A DNA stretch of 42,555 nucleotides from a virus (taxonomy: Duplodnaviria > Caudoviricetes). Within the stretch, counting starts at the first letter, position 1. Every line of letters begins with the position of its first letter. Shown in pieces: positions 6,954 through 15,927 of this stretch. The notes under the pieces are model-generated. The model did no database searches, was not told where the DNA came from, and saw only the letters and a program-made list of their open reading frames with translations. Location: the IMG/VR virus record IMGVR_UViG_3300037124_000019, positions 1 through 42,555 of that record. One strand, 5' to 3'. The position numbers and the translations under genes are program-made.

Positions 6954-7125
6954 ATACGAAGCTACCCGAATGAAAATGATACCGCATGCAGAGAGGCATG
7001 CCAACGTATCAGCTGGCAGATGGCCAAAGCCAGGGCAGAGTCGCATAGAATGGTATCAAATATGGAATCGCGCGTTTCACAGTGAGATGGAGCGGCTGGT
7101 CAATATGGGGGAGACGAGAAGATGA
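6937..7125 (+). CDS. Hypothetical protein
   Basis: Operon-like overlaps at both ends. Confidence 0.6.
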   Translation: MKRNLEYEATRMKMIPHAERHANVSAGRWPKPGQSRIEWYQIWNRAFHSEMERLVNMGETRR

Positions 7126-7304
7126 GTAGACAGGTATTACGACACGGTGATCGAGTCAAATACACGCGAACCGGCGAGCTCGGGTGGGTTGTTATGGTCT
7201 TGTCTGCCGACAAGAAACATGGCCGACCATTACCGGTGGTGCGTACCAAACTCGACCGCGGTGGCATTATGGTCACCACAGCGGATTTTCTGGAGGCAGT
7301 ATGA
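7122..7304 (+). CDS. Small SH3/KOW-like protein
   Basis: GDRVKY..TGELGWV pattern; ATGA overlaps. Confidence 0.65.
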   Translation: MSRQVLRHGDRVKYTRTGELGWVVMVLSADKKHGRPLPVVRTKLDRGGIMVTTADFLEAV

Positions 7305-7678
7305 AGGTAAGACTGACAACCGACAAGCTAACTAATAAGGTTTGGCGAGTATCACGAGGCGATAAGACTATCGGTCGTATACATCGTCTCTATACCGGGG
7401 AGTATTTTTTCAACGCCAAGCCGATGGAATTTCTGCATTGGACAGAGCTGTCCGAGCTGGCGGCGTTTATGAAGAATGCAGAGGACAACGAGAAAGGGAA
7501 AAGTTATGAAGAAGATCCTGTGGTGGTGTATTCTGCTGTTGACGATGCAGGCATGTGTTCATGGGTCGTGGACCTACGACCATCTCACGCCAAGAGCGTG
7601 CACGGCTCCGATCCAGATCCAGGTGGACAACCCGAGAGTCCGAGCGGCCGCAAAAGTCGCAGCGGCTCTTTGGAATGA
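7301..7678 (+). CDS. Hypothetical protein
   Basis: RBS GGAGG; ATGA overlap at 7301; the 3' part overlaps the next gene by about 170 nt. Confidence 0.55.
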   Translation: MKVRLTTDKLTNKVWRVSRGDKTIGRIHRLYTGEYFFNAKPMEFLHWTELSELAAFMKNAEDNEKGKSYEEDPVVVYSAVDDAGMCSWVVDLRPSHAKSVHGSDPDPGGQPESPSGRKSRSGSLE

Positions 7679-8027
7679 ACGACTTGGCTGGACCGCGTTT
7701 GTCTTCGACGAGTCGAAGACAGTCGCGCGAATCGTCGTTGGGATACCGCGTGCAGAGACGGTGGCGGTGACCATTTTGGCGACCAACGGCCGATGCACAC
7801 CGAAGACGCAGATCTGGGTGATGCCAATTGGCATGCGAGAGCATCATCGGCTGGTCTACGTGGTGGCTCATGAGCTGGGTCATGTGCTTGGTCTTGAGGA
7901 CACTGGTCAGCTCGGCCGGCTGATGTACCCAATCATGCCCCATCGGATCGCAGCTGGCCGATTGGGGTGGGTTACCGACGCCGAGGTAGAGCTCATCGAG
8001 TACTTGCATGGAAGGAGATTGTACTGA
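7506..8027 (+). CDS. Exported metzincin (matrixin-like) Zn metalloprotease
   Basis: Signal or lipoprotein-like N-terminus MKKILWWCILLLTMQAC; HELGHVLGLED zinc motif; LMYP Met-turn. Confidence 0.8.
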   Translation: MKKILWWCILLLTMQACVHGSWTYDHLTPRACTAPIQIQVDNPRVRAAAKVAAALWNERLGWTAFVFDESKTVARIVVGIPRAETVAVTILATNGRCTPKTQIWVMPIGMREHHRLVYVVAHELGHVLGLEDTGQLGRLMYPIMPHRIAAGRLGWVTDAEVELIEYLHGRRLY

Positions 8028-8028
8028 C

Positions 8029-8280
8029 ATGACCGCTATCGACCATATCGTCAGGATTCCGGAGATCGAAAAACGACTCAGAGATCCACAATGCATTGGC
8101 GTTTACGACGCTGTTTATAATCTGGTGCGCGACTATGAGTATGCATTGTGCGAGCTGCGGGCGCTCAAGCTTGAGGCGAAAAGCACCACACCCAATGCGC
8201 TGATCAACCGGGTCGACGAACTTACCCGTCGCGTCGACAACTTGACCAGCCGCGTCAACAATATCTCCCGCCGTATTTGA
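8029..8280 (+). CDS. Coiled-coil protein with C-terminal heptad repeats
   Basis: RBS AAGGAG; RVDELT/RVDNLT/RVNNIS heptads. Confidence 0.65.
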   Translation: MTAIDHIVRIPEIEKRLRDPQCIGVYDAVYNLVRDYEYALCELRALKLEAKSTTPNALINRVDELTRRVDNLTSRVNNISRRI

Positions 8281-8347
8281 CAACCTGTCAAACAAGAGGA
8301 CCGACCTAGACTCACAGCCTGAAAAAAGCGCTGTATGCACCGATTTC

Positions 8348-8383
8348 TGTTGAAACCTAGTACTTTTTAGACGACAATATATG
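8348..8383 (+). promoter_or_regulatory. Putative promoter TGTTGAA-N17-CGAYARTATATG, copy B
   Basis: Matches 2942..2977 in both boxes and spacing; precedes the RBS and ATG 8401. Confidence 0.6.
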
Positions 8384-8400
8384 AAAGAGAGGAGGTCGAA

Positions 8401-8679
8401 ATGACAGCGACTGCCTACAGGGTCAGAAACAAGGGCTTCGAGTACGGGTTGTCAGGCGACGATATCACCAGACCGGTGGAGGTCGTCCCTCAGCTCGCCT
8501 TCGACGATGTCGTCGTCGAGATGCGCAAGGCCACCGACAGAACGGCATCCGAGGTGACGAGCCGACTCGGCACCCACGAGGAAAAGATGACCGAGCTCGA
8601 GCAGGCTCAGCGCGAGCTGGAGGAATCGATTGACCGGGCCAATAGAGCAATGGCAATCATTGCGAAGCTGAAGAGGTAG
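8401..8679 (+). CDS. Coiled-coil hypothetical protein
   Basis: Strong RBS AGGAGG. Confidence 0.75.
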   Translation: MTATAYRVRNKGFEYGLSGDDITRPVEVVPQLAFDDVVVEMRKATDRTASEVTSRLGTHEEKMTELEQAQRELEESIDRANRAMAIIAKLKR

Positions 8680-8681
8680 AA

Positions 8682-8978
8682 ATGAACCGACCAGAGGCGA
8701 AACGTTTGGCTCTCGAGTGCGCGAAGTGGTTGCTCAACAAGGCAGCCACGGCGGACTGGGGGGGCTCAATCGTATGGGACTGGTGTGAGGCTCATGGAAT
8801 CAGCAGTGATGAGGAAATCTCGCAAATCGAAGACGAGGTCCTCTCACTCATCCCCGACCTCTTGCAGCAACTCGACAGCGCGAGGGACGCGATCGAGGTG
8901 TTGACGGAGCAGATTGATCGTCAAAGGTGCGAGTACGAGACTTATTGGATACTTACCGACGATGGCTCTGACGATTGA
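8682..8978 (+). CDS. Acidic hypothetical protein
   Basis: RBS GAGG; follows the previous gene by 2 nt. Confidence 0.65.
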   Translation: MNRPEAKRLALECAKWLLNKAATADWGGSIVWDWCEAHGISSDEEISQIEDEVLSLIPDLLQQLDSARDAIEVLTEQIDRQRCEYETYWILTDDGSDD

Positions 8979-9471
8979 CGATATCGGCCGCAGCCTCAGT
9001 CAATTCCTCAAGGTCTTCGTCATATTCGGCCTCTTCCACGTGCTCAGGCAAGCCAAGGGGCGTCTCGGATGCGGCTATTTTGGCGAGCTGCGCGTCGGTC
9101 AACTTGGCGAGGTTTTTGCCAGACACGGTGACGTTGATGTTGTGCTCGCTGGTCGGGCTGTACCGCCGGCTCTGCAGGATGAATTTGGCGAGGGCGTCAC
9201 TGGGGCGGCCCCTGAGTGTAACGATCTTTCCTTCCCCGTCAATGGCATCGTATTCGGGGCCTGCACGTGCCCTCTCAATAATCTCTTCTTCGAAATTGTC
9301 GATGTATTCACCAATGGCATTGTCCCAGGCTCTCCTGAAATACTCATCGCTATCTCGCCACTTGTAAACGGCTTGACGAGTAACTCCAGCAGCTTTCGCA
9401 GCCTTCGAAACGTTGCCGTGTTCCCGAAGTCCGTTGAGAAAATTACGGGCAGTCACTTTAGTTTTCTTCAT
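8953..9471 (-). CDS. terS: Terminase small subunit-like protein
   Basis: FL..L...GNVS.AA.AAGV.RQAVY.WR..D..F..AW..A HTH; E.EI.ERA..G...SDAL..FIL; C-terminal LTDAQLAKIA. Likely start ATG 9471. Confidence 0.75.
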   Translation of the reverse strand: MKKTKVTARNFLNGLREHGNVSKAAKAAGVTRQAVYKWRDSDEYFRRAWDNAIGEYIDNFEEEIIERARAGPEYDAIDGEGKIVTLRGRPSDALAKFILQSRRYSPTSEHNINVTVSGKNLAKLTDAQLAKIAASETPLGLPEHVEEAEYDEDLEELTEAAADIVNRQSHRR

Positions 9472-9481
9472 ATCAGTCGAT

Positions 9482-9510
9482 ATTATGGCAAGCCCGGAGT
9501 GAGAGGTCAA
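9482..9510 (-). promoter_or_regulatory. Sigma70-type promoter for the terS-like gene
   Basis: Minus strand TTGACC-N17-CATAAT with an extended TG, 10 nt before the ATG. Confidence 0.65.
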
Positions 9511-9512
9511 CA

Positions 9513-10088
9513 ATGAGGCGCGACCAATACCTGAGTTTTGACGAAATCTTTCGCCTGAGGAGTGACGCCAGCAAACGGGTGCACGATTCTTCGGCCGACC
9601 GGCTCACGTGGCTATGCGTCGACATGGCGTTGCAGACCGGTCTCAGGGTGTCAGAGATGGCCAAAATCACCGTCGATGACATCGATTTCGAGCGCGAATT
9701 TATCCGTGTACATCGCCACAAGCGCCGGGTGCCGACGAGGGATATTATCGGCATGTCTAAGAGCCTGGCGGCGCACCTAAAGGCGCACATCCAGTGGGTG
9801 AGCGCACGTGAGAGCCCCTGGAAGGCGACTATTTGGCCGGGCGAGCGCGGCCCGTGGACCAAGCGCGGTCTCCAGCAAGCCTGGGACAAGGCGTGCAGGC
9901 GTGTCGGGCTACGCCAGAGTATTCACTGCGCCAGGCATACTGTCGCTACTCACATGCTGCGCAATACCGGAAATCTGCGCATGGTCCAAAAGCATCTGGG
10001 CCATACCTCACCGACGACAACGGCAAACTTCTACGCCGACGTTCCCCTCGAGGACATGATAGCGACTCTTGACGACCTGTTCGGATAG
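9513..10088 (+). CDS. Tyrosine recombinase, catalytic domain only (191 aa)
   Basis: TGLRVSE, K, HCARH, LGH and C-terminal Y catalytic set; no N-terminal core-binding or arm-binding domain. Confidence 0.92.
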   Translation: MRRDQYLSFDEIFRLRSDASKRVHDSSADRLTWLCVDMALQTGLRVSEMAKITVDDIDFEREFIRVHRHKRRVPTRDIIGMSKSLAAHLKAHIQWVSARESPWKATIWPGERGPWTKRGLQQAWDKACRRVGLRQSIHCARHTVATHMLRNTGNLRMVQKHLGHTSPTTTANFYADVPLEDMIATLDDLFG

Positions 10089-10097
10089 TGGCACTCT
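10069..10097 (+). promoter_or_regulatory. Possible sigma70 promoter for the packaging/structural operon
   Basis: TTGACG-N17-CACTCT with an extended TG, 6 nt before ATG 10104, which has no RBS. Confidence 0.4.
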
Positions 10098-10103
10098 GGC
10101 TAC

Positions 10104-10496
10104 ATGCCGTCGATTGTCGATGTCCTAGGTCTACCAGATCGGTCCAGAGATGAGGAGTATTTCTCCAAGTTTCAAGGCGGTGGTAAAAAGCAGGTTTTCC
10201 AGGAAAAAGTGCGCCGAGCTCGACGACGGCGCCAGCGCAGGCGCCGCAAACGCCAGCCAGACATCAGCCAATTGGCGGCTGAGCTTTTCACCGACGACCT
10301 CATAACTGGTGGTCCAGGGACTGTCCCGGCCGAGGGGATAATACCGTACGGCAGCATGCCGGAGGCAATCCGTCGGGAAATCCCACTGAGCGCCCCACCT
10401 ATCGGGTGGGATCCAGAGAAACTGTCGCCCCAAAAGCTTTTCCTCCTACGCCGTCTACAGGCTCTAGGCCAAGAAATGGCCTTCCGACAACAATGA
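10104..10496 (+). CDS. Hypothetical protein with Arg-rich segment
   Basis: RRARRRRQRRRRKR; ATGA overlap with the next gene. Confidence 0.65.
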   Translation: MPSIVDVLGLPDRSRDEEYFSKFQGGGKKQVFQEKVRRARRRRQRRRRKRQPDISQLAAELFTDDLITGGPGTVPAEGIIPYGSMPEAIRREIPLSAPPIGWDPEKLSPQKLFLLRRLQALGQEMAFRQQ

Positions 10497-10831
10497 GCAC
10501 CGCCCACATGCGTAAGCGCCGATACCCGTTCCGTTGGTTGAACGGGGAATTGGTCAGAGAGAAAAGGTATGGAGAGACGCTCAACGAATCGATCGAATTT
10601 GCCGACCTGCTAGAGAACGGTGAGACGCTCTCATCGGTAGAAATCGACGACAGCGGCGTGACAATCACCGGGGAGGCCATAGCCACAGGAATAAAGACCA
10701 ACAGCCAGGTGACGTGCACGGTAACAGGGTCTGGTGTGGCCACGTTCAAAGCAACGACGTCGGATGGGCGCATCTACGAACGCCGAGTGCGGTGGCTGCC
10801 AACCGACAGCGACATAGGGGACTACAAGTAA
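10493..10831 (+). CDS. Small beta-sandwich virion protein (fibre/tail adaptor-like)
   Basis: EF.D.LENGETLSS...ATTSDGR.YER pattern seen in phage structural modules. Confidence 0.6.
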   Translation: MSTAHMRKRRYPFRWLNGELVREKRYGETLNESIEFADLLENGETLSSVEIDDSGVTITGEAIATGIKTNSQVTCTVTGSGVATFKATTSDGRIYERRVRWLPTDSDIGDYK

Positions 10832-10977
10832 TGCCGAGCAAGTCTCGCAAGCAGGAGCGCGCCATGCGCGCAGCGGCCAAGGATCCAGAGTTTGCACGGA
10901 AGATCGGGATTCCTCAAGACGTCGCACGTGAATTCGTGCGAGAGGACAAGAGGCGAAAGGGGAAGAAGCGTGTCTGA
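10831..10977 (+). CDS. Small basic phage protein (MPSKSRKQERAMRAAAKDPEFARKIGIPQ type)
   Basis: TAATG overlap; recognisable small protein type near podovirus packaging genes. Confidence 0.75.
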   Translation: MPSKSRKQERAMRAAAKDPEFARKIGIPQDVAREFVREDKRRKGKKRV

Positions 10978-11212
10978 ATCAGCATTACTCGGCGATGTCA
11001 AGATGGCCTATCTCGAGCCAATGGACAACGGGACCAAAGCAGTCCTTGTTTTTCAACTCGAAAAGCCAATAGAAATCAACGGTAGACATCACACTAGCGC
11101 CGGATGCATCTTAGATGAGAAGCGAATCATGGAAATCGTCGACGGTCTGCATTCAGTGGCCAATATGCGTGAGGCTGCGAAAGAAGCGGAGCGCATCATC
11201 AAAATACAGTGA
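10970..11212 (+). CDS. Hypothetical protein
   Basis: GTG 10970; GTGA overlap with terL. Confidence 0.6.
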   Translation: MSESALLGDVKMAYLEPMDNGTKAVLVFQLEKPIEINGRHHTSAGCILDEKRIMEIVDGLHSVANMREAAKEAERIIKIQ

Positions 11213-12690
11213 ATATAAAAAGTAGCGATGCCGCTGCGGAGCTACTGCAGAGGCGGAAAGCCAGGCAGTCTCTAATAGGATTCACCGAATACACCCACCC
11301 AAGCTGGGAAACCAGTGAGCATCATGGCAAAATATGCGATTTCCTAGAGGCCGTTGGACGTGGTGATATCAGAAGAGGGATAATCGACGCCCCTCCACGA
11401 CACAGCAAAACCGAATTGGTATCTCGCCGCTTCCCAGCGTTCCACATGGGGCGGTTTCCAACATCGCAAATCATAATTTCGAGTTATTGCGACGATATCG
11501 CGCACGACATTTCGCGTAATATACGCGGTATAATCAAAGATCCGTACTACCAAATCCTCTGCGGGGATGATGATGATTTTCCTGGCGCGGTGCTCAACAC
11601 GGAGACAACGGCGGGGAACCGGTGGGAGACTACCGAGGGGGGGATTGTCGTCGCAGCAGGAATTGGTTCCGGTATCGCCGGGCGTGGTGCCGACCTCCTG
11701 CTAGTAGACGACCCGTTCAAGGGGCGCGAGGAAGCCGACTCTCCACGGATGAGAGAGCGGGCTTGGAACTGGTTCTACGGCGAGGCAAAAACCAGGTTGA
11801 TGCCTGGTGGTCGGATCCTGATCATCATGACCAGATGGCATGAGGACGATCTCGTCGGGAGGCTTCTTGATACGGAGCCTGAGAAATGGGAAATGCTGGT
11901 TCTACCAGCCATATCAGACGAAAACACAGAGCACGAAAAAGCGCTTTGGGAGTCGCGCTACCCACTGACCGTATTGCACGAAATCAAGTCGTCGATGGCA
12001 AAGGCCGGCCGGTTGCGCGAGTGGAATGCGCAGTATCAACAGAAACCCACGGCTGAGGAAGGCATCTACTTCAAACGCGAGTGGTACAAAGATCGGTACA
12101 AGGTTCCTCCCGAGCTCATGCGAGTGTACATGGCCAGTGATCTCGCCGTGACCGACAAGAAAAAAAGCCGATTTGCCGACTGGACAATCCACCTCGTGGG
12201 TGGCCTCGGTCCCGATGGAAGGCTGTACATGCTAGATGCATGGCGCCGTCGGTCCGACCCAGACGAATGGATAAGGGCCCTGATCGATATGGTCAAACGG
12301 TACAAACCGATCCATTGGGCATCAGAGGCCGGGGTTATCCGGCGGGCGACCGAGGGGATGATCGAAAAAGCCGCCAGGGAGAACAAAACGTACTTCGAGA
12401 TGAAATGGCTCACCCCTTTGGCTGACAAAATGGCTCGCGGGGCGACTTTCAAGGGCTGGTCATCCATGGGCCGTATCGTTTTCCCGCACACACAGTGGGC
12501 AGAAGAGATCATAGAAAACGTGGTGGGGTTCCCGGCTATGCGAGTTGACGACCCATTTGACGGTATGTCTACCCTGTGCCTATCCCTTGACGAAGCGACT
12601 CCTCCTGTGCGAAGGTCTGAAACACAAGAGAAGCATGATCCATGGAAACGCATCAAAGCGCTACAGGCTGACAGATGGCTAACGAGATGA
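11209..12690 (+). CDS. terL: Terminase large subunit
   Basis: Walker A variant APPRHSKT; GRGADLLLVDDP; IMTRWHEDDL; YQQ.P; RNase H-like C-terminus (SDLA...DDPFD). Confidence 0.95.
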   Translation: MNIKSSDAAAELLQRRKARQSLIGFTEYTHPSWETSEHHGKICDFLEAVGRGDIRRGIIDAPPRHSKTELVSRRFPAFHMGRFPTSQIIISSYCDDIAHDISRNIRGIIKDPYYQILCGDDDDFPGAVLNTETTAGNRWETTEGGIVVAAGIGSGIAGRGADLLLVDDPFKGREEADSPRMRERAWNWFYGEAKTRLMPGGRILIIMTRWHEDDLVGRLLDTEPEKWEMLVLPAISDENTEHEKALWESRYPLTVLHEIKSSMAKAGRLREWNAQYQQKPTAEEGIYFKREWYKDRYKVPPELMRVYMASDLAVTDKKKSRFADWTIHLVGGLGPDGRLYMLDAWRRRSDPDEWIRALIDMVKRYKPIHWASEAGVIRRATEGMIEKAARENKTYFEMKWLTPLADKMARGATFKGWSSMGRIVFPHTQWAEEIIENVVGFPAMRVDDPFDGMSTLCLSLDEATPPVRRSETQEKHDPWKRIKALQADRWLTR

Positions 12691-14741
12691 GGCCCACCAT
12701 CAGCGACGAAGAATTGCTGATGTGCATCGAGCGATTTGACACGTCACTCGAAGCTCTCAAAGATAGTCGCGACAGCGCAATGATTGATCGCGAGTTTTAC
12801 GATGGCTACCAATGGACAGATGAGCAGATCGCAGAACTAGAAAGCCGCGGTCAAGCGGTAATCACCACCAACCACATAGCGCCAAAGATCAACTACTGTC
12901 TCGGCGAGCAGATAGGCGCTCGTGTTGATCCGGCAGCCTGGCCAATAAACCCGTTCCATGAGGAGGGGGCAGACGCTCTCACCAAAGCGATGCGCTCGGT
13001 GATGGACGCCAATGATGCTGACATCTACCAAAGCGAGGCCTTCGAAGAGTTTATGATAGAAGGCACCGGAGCAATCCTTGTCACTCAAGAGAGGATCGGC
13101 GGTCGAGTCAGGATAAAGTTGACACCGGTGCCGTGGGACCGGTTTGCCTGGGACCATAGATCTCGACGACGAGATTTTGCTGACGCTCGATGGCTGGCCA
13201 TTGTGGCGTGGTACGATTTGCCAGACGCCAAGGATGAGTACCCCGGCAACGATGAGATGCTGGAAGAGGCGGTCATGCATGGTTACGATGCGCATGACGA
13301 CATATTTGACGACTGGCCGGAATATTGGGCGGAGCGTAACTCAAAGCGCGTGCGCATTTGCCAGATGTTCTACCAGAAGAAAGGCGACTGGTACGAGGCG
13401 CATTTTACGAAGTGCGAAAACGGATGGTTAAGGAAGCCGGAAAAAGTCACGCTGATTGACGATGATGGCAAAACCCAGTGCCCGTTGATCGCAGCATCTC
13501 CATACGTAGCCAGAAAACGCAGCCACAAGTCTCCAGACAGGCGTGGAGTCGTCCGCGGTTTGATCTCGCCACAGAAAGAGATCAACAAGCAGCGCTCGAA
13601 GGCTCACCATTTGGTCGCCATGAACCAAGTGATCTCAGAAGACGGCGCGTTTGTCATGTCAAGGGAGGAAGTCCTAGAGCAACTGGCGAGACCAGATGGC
13701 TTTGTCGTCGCCGCAAATGGCGCCCTTAAAGACCGAATTATGATACGGACAAACCTCGAATGGGCGCAGAGCCAGTTTGCAATGATGCAGGAGATCAAGG
13801 GTGAGATAAACAACATCGGACCTCAGGCGCCAATGATCGCCTCTGACGAGAGGGTGCAAACAGGTCGATCGCTCGAAAAGCGACAGGAGGCCGGCGAGAA
13901 ACAACTAAAACCGGTGTTCGACTCGCTGCGATTTTTCTTGCGACGGCTGTACCGAGCCGTGTCATGGAAGATAAAGCGCTACTGGACCGCTGAGGATTGG
14001 CTACGAGTGACTGACGACCGCGAGCAACGCGGTTACCGATTCGTAGCAATCAACCGTCCAGTACAACGCTCTGTGCGCCTGAGAGAACTGCTGAGTGAGA
14101 ATGTTCCACTCAATCAGGCTCTGCTGTGTCTTGGATTCGATTCACCGATCGTGGGCGAGGACCTGCTGCAATTTGCCACTTCGAGGGCCAATCAGCAGAT
14201 GCAAGAGATGCAGGCCACCTTGGGACAAAATATGCAGCCTGAAGCCATGATGCCGATCATGCAACAGGCTACAATACAGGCATTATTGGAGATGCCAATA
14301 ATGCAGGAGACCTTTACTCAAAACCCAATCGGTGATATCCCGACCGATATCAAAATCGATGTGACTCCTGAGAGCTCCGTATTGCAACATGAGCAATTCG
14401 AAAAGCTGGTCGAGCTGGCTGGCACTGGTCAAGTCCAGATCCCAAGCAGCGTACTCATCAGGGCATCATCGCTCCGCGAGAAGAAAGAGCTCCTGGCCGA
14501 GCTCAATCCTCCGCCTGACCCAATGGCTCAACAGATGGCCATGCTCAACCTTGCTCTGCTGCAAGCCAAGGTCGAAGAGACCAAGGCCAAGGCTGAGGAG
14601 TTGCGAGCCAAGGCGGCCGACCTCGGCGGGAATGTGCAATTCAAGGCTGGGCCACAAGCGGCCAAAACCATGGCTCAGGCCATGGAAGCCGCCGCCTCTG
14701 CCGGCGAAAAGACTGTTCCAGACGACGAGCGACAACCATAG
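12675..14741 (+). CDS. Portal protein, P22-like
   Basis: D.EFYDG.QW...L..RGQ.....N.I motif; follows terL; C-terminal coiled-coil barrel. Confidence 0.92.
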   Translation: MANEMRPTISDEELLMCIERFDTSLEALKDSRDSAMIDREFYDGYQWTDEQIAELESRGQAVITTNHIAPKINYCLGEQIGARVDPAAWPINPFHEEGADALTKAMRSVMDANDADIYQSEAFEEFMIEGTGAILVTQERIGGRVRIKLTPVPWDRFAWDHRSRRRDFADARWLAIVAWYDLPDAKDEYPGNDEMLEEAVMHGYDAHDDIFDDWPEYWAERNSKRVRICQMFYQKKGDWYEAHFTKCENGWLRKPEKVTLIDDDGKTQCPLIAASPYVARKRSHKSPDRRGVVRGLISPQKEINKQRSKAHHLVAMNQVISEDGAFVMSREEVLEQLARPDGFVVAANGALKDRIMIRTNLEWAQSQFAMMQEIKGEINNIGPQAPMIASDERVQTGRSLEKRQEAGEKQLKPVFDSLRFFLRRLYRAVSWKIKRYWTAEDWLRVTDDREQRGYRFVAINRPVQRSVRLRELLSENVPLNQALLCLGFDSPIVGEDLLQFATSRANQQMQEMQATLGQNMQPEAMMPIMQQATIQALLEMPIMQETFTQNPIGDIPTDIKIDVTPESSVLQHEQFEKLVELAGTGQVQIPSSVLIRASSLREKKELLAELNPPPDPMAQQMAMLNLALLQAKVEETKAKAEELRAKAADLGGNVQFKAGPQAAKTMAQAMEAAASAGEKTVPDDERQP

Positions 14742-14751
14742 GGAGGTTACC

Positions 14752-15927
14752 ATGCTCAACAGGATCGTGATTTTGGCTGTATGTTCCGCTGCACTTTTCG
14801 GGTGCGGCCAAGTAGACCCAGACGACTATGCGCCAGTTGGAAGCCAGTATGGAAGGAGCGACGGGTGGTTCGCTGACAGCTCCGGGAACTGGCAACAGAT
14901 CGTCAACGGGTCGGAGACCGGGACCTACTTTTCGAGTGGCGGCAATCTCGTGGTGGCTGGCACGCAAACATTCACCGGGGATTTAACCCTAAGCGGGGGA
15001 GCCGGTTGTCTGACGGTGTCTGGTAGTGGCGATTCAACGCTGGTCGCCGCAGATGCCGATGCCACCGCGTTTTGCATGGGGGCCGCGGGTGCCCTGGATT
15101 TGGTGTGCCTCGATACGACTGACGCATCTCCAGCATGGGACATCAAAGGAGTCGCCGGGCAAGTTTCGTTGCACGTCGATGCCGGGACCGCGCAGTTTGA
15201 TGAAAGCCCGACCATTGGCGCGGGGGTAGCCGCTACCGACTACACGCTCACTTTTAACGGCGAGACCAACGACTGCGTGATGACCTGCATGGAGGACGAA
15301 ACGCGCCTGGATGTCGAAGGAAATCTGCAGTTCGGCACCGGTGGCGCTGGGGTAGACTACACTCTAACCGCTGATGGGGAGACCAACGATGGCACCCTTA
15401 CATGGAAAGAGGATGAGTCGCTCTGGGATTTCACCGATGCGATCAAGACGCCAACCCCATTGCTCGGATTGAAGACGGCCTACTTTTGCGGCAACGGAGC
15501 GAATGCCACTACTGCAGTCTACATGCCGCCGGTCATCCCCGGGACCGAGGCGGCCGACGGGTCGACTTACGAGTACGGCGAGGCAGGGTGCGATGGGCTC
15601 GACAACACGACCGAGACGAGTGGCGACGATTACATCCAGGGCAACGGGGCTCTGGCCATCAGCGTGGTGGGCATGGCGTGCGGTATCAGTGCGGCTGGCA
15701 CCGACGACACGTATACTTTTCAGCTACGAGACGATGCAGCAGATGTCACCGGGGTGACTTGCAACGTGACGCTGGACGGCTCAATCCAAGAATGCACCGT
15801 ACTCCTGGATGCTCCGGTGGTAATGGCTGCAGGGTCGCTAGCAGCCGTGAAAAACGTCGCGTCGACTGATGACAACGTTTCAGCCGCCGATGTCGAATGC
15901 GTGGTGTTTTACACCTATGCATTCTAA
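14752..15927 (+). CDS. Acidic Cys-rich beta protein with lipoprotein signal peptide
   Basis: RBS GGAGG; MLNRIVILAVCSAALFGC lipobox; internal repeat DYTLT..GETND..(L/M)T..EDE. Confidence 0.7.
   Translation: MLNRIVILAVCSAALFGCGQVDPDDYAPVGSQYGRSDGWFADSSGNWQQIVNGSETGTYFSSGGNLVVAGTQTFTGDLTLSGGAGCLTVSGSGDSTLVAADADATAFCMGAAGALDLVCLDTTDASPAWDIKGVAGQVSLHVDAGTAQFDESPTIGAGVAATDYTLTFNGETNDCVMTCMEDETRLDVEGNLQFGTGGAGVDYTLTADGETNDGTLTWKEDESLWDFTDAIKTPTPLLGLKTAYFCGNGANATTAVYMPPVIPGTEAADGSTYEYGEAGCDGLDNTTETSGDDYIQGNGALAISVVGMACGISAAGTDDTYTFQLRDDAADVTGVTCNVTLDGSIQECTVLLDAPVVMAAGSLAAVKNVASTDDNVSAADVECVVFYTYAF

Noticed and set aside
8914-9516. Plus-strand 200-aa ORF opposite the terS-like gene
   Set aside because: No recognisable features, whereas the minus-strand ORF has a clear HTH/TerS pattern and its own promoter.
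14389-14751. Upstream extensions in the ORF track (14389, 18552, 535, 2850, 17845, 29248, 40961)
   Set aside because: They overlap upstream genes or promoters. Downstream ATGs with an RBS or stop-start coupling are better starts.
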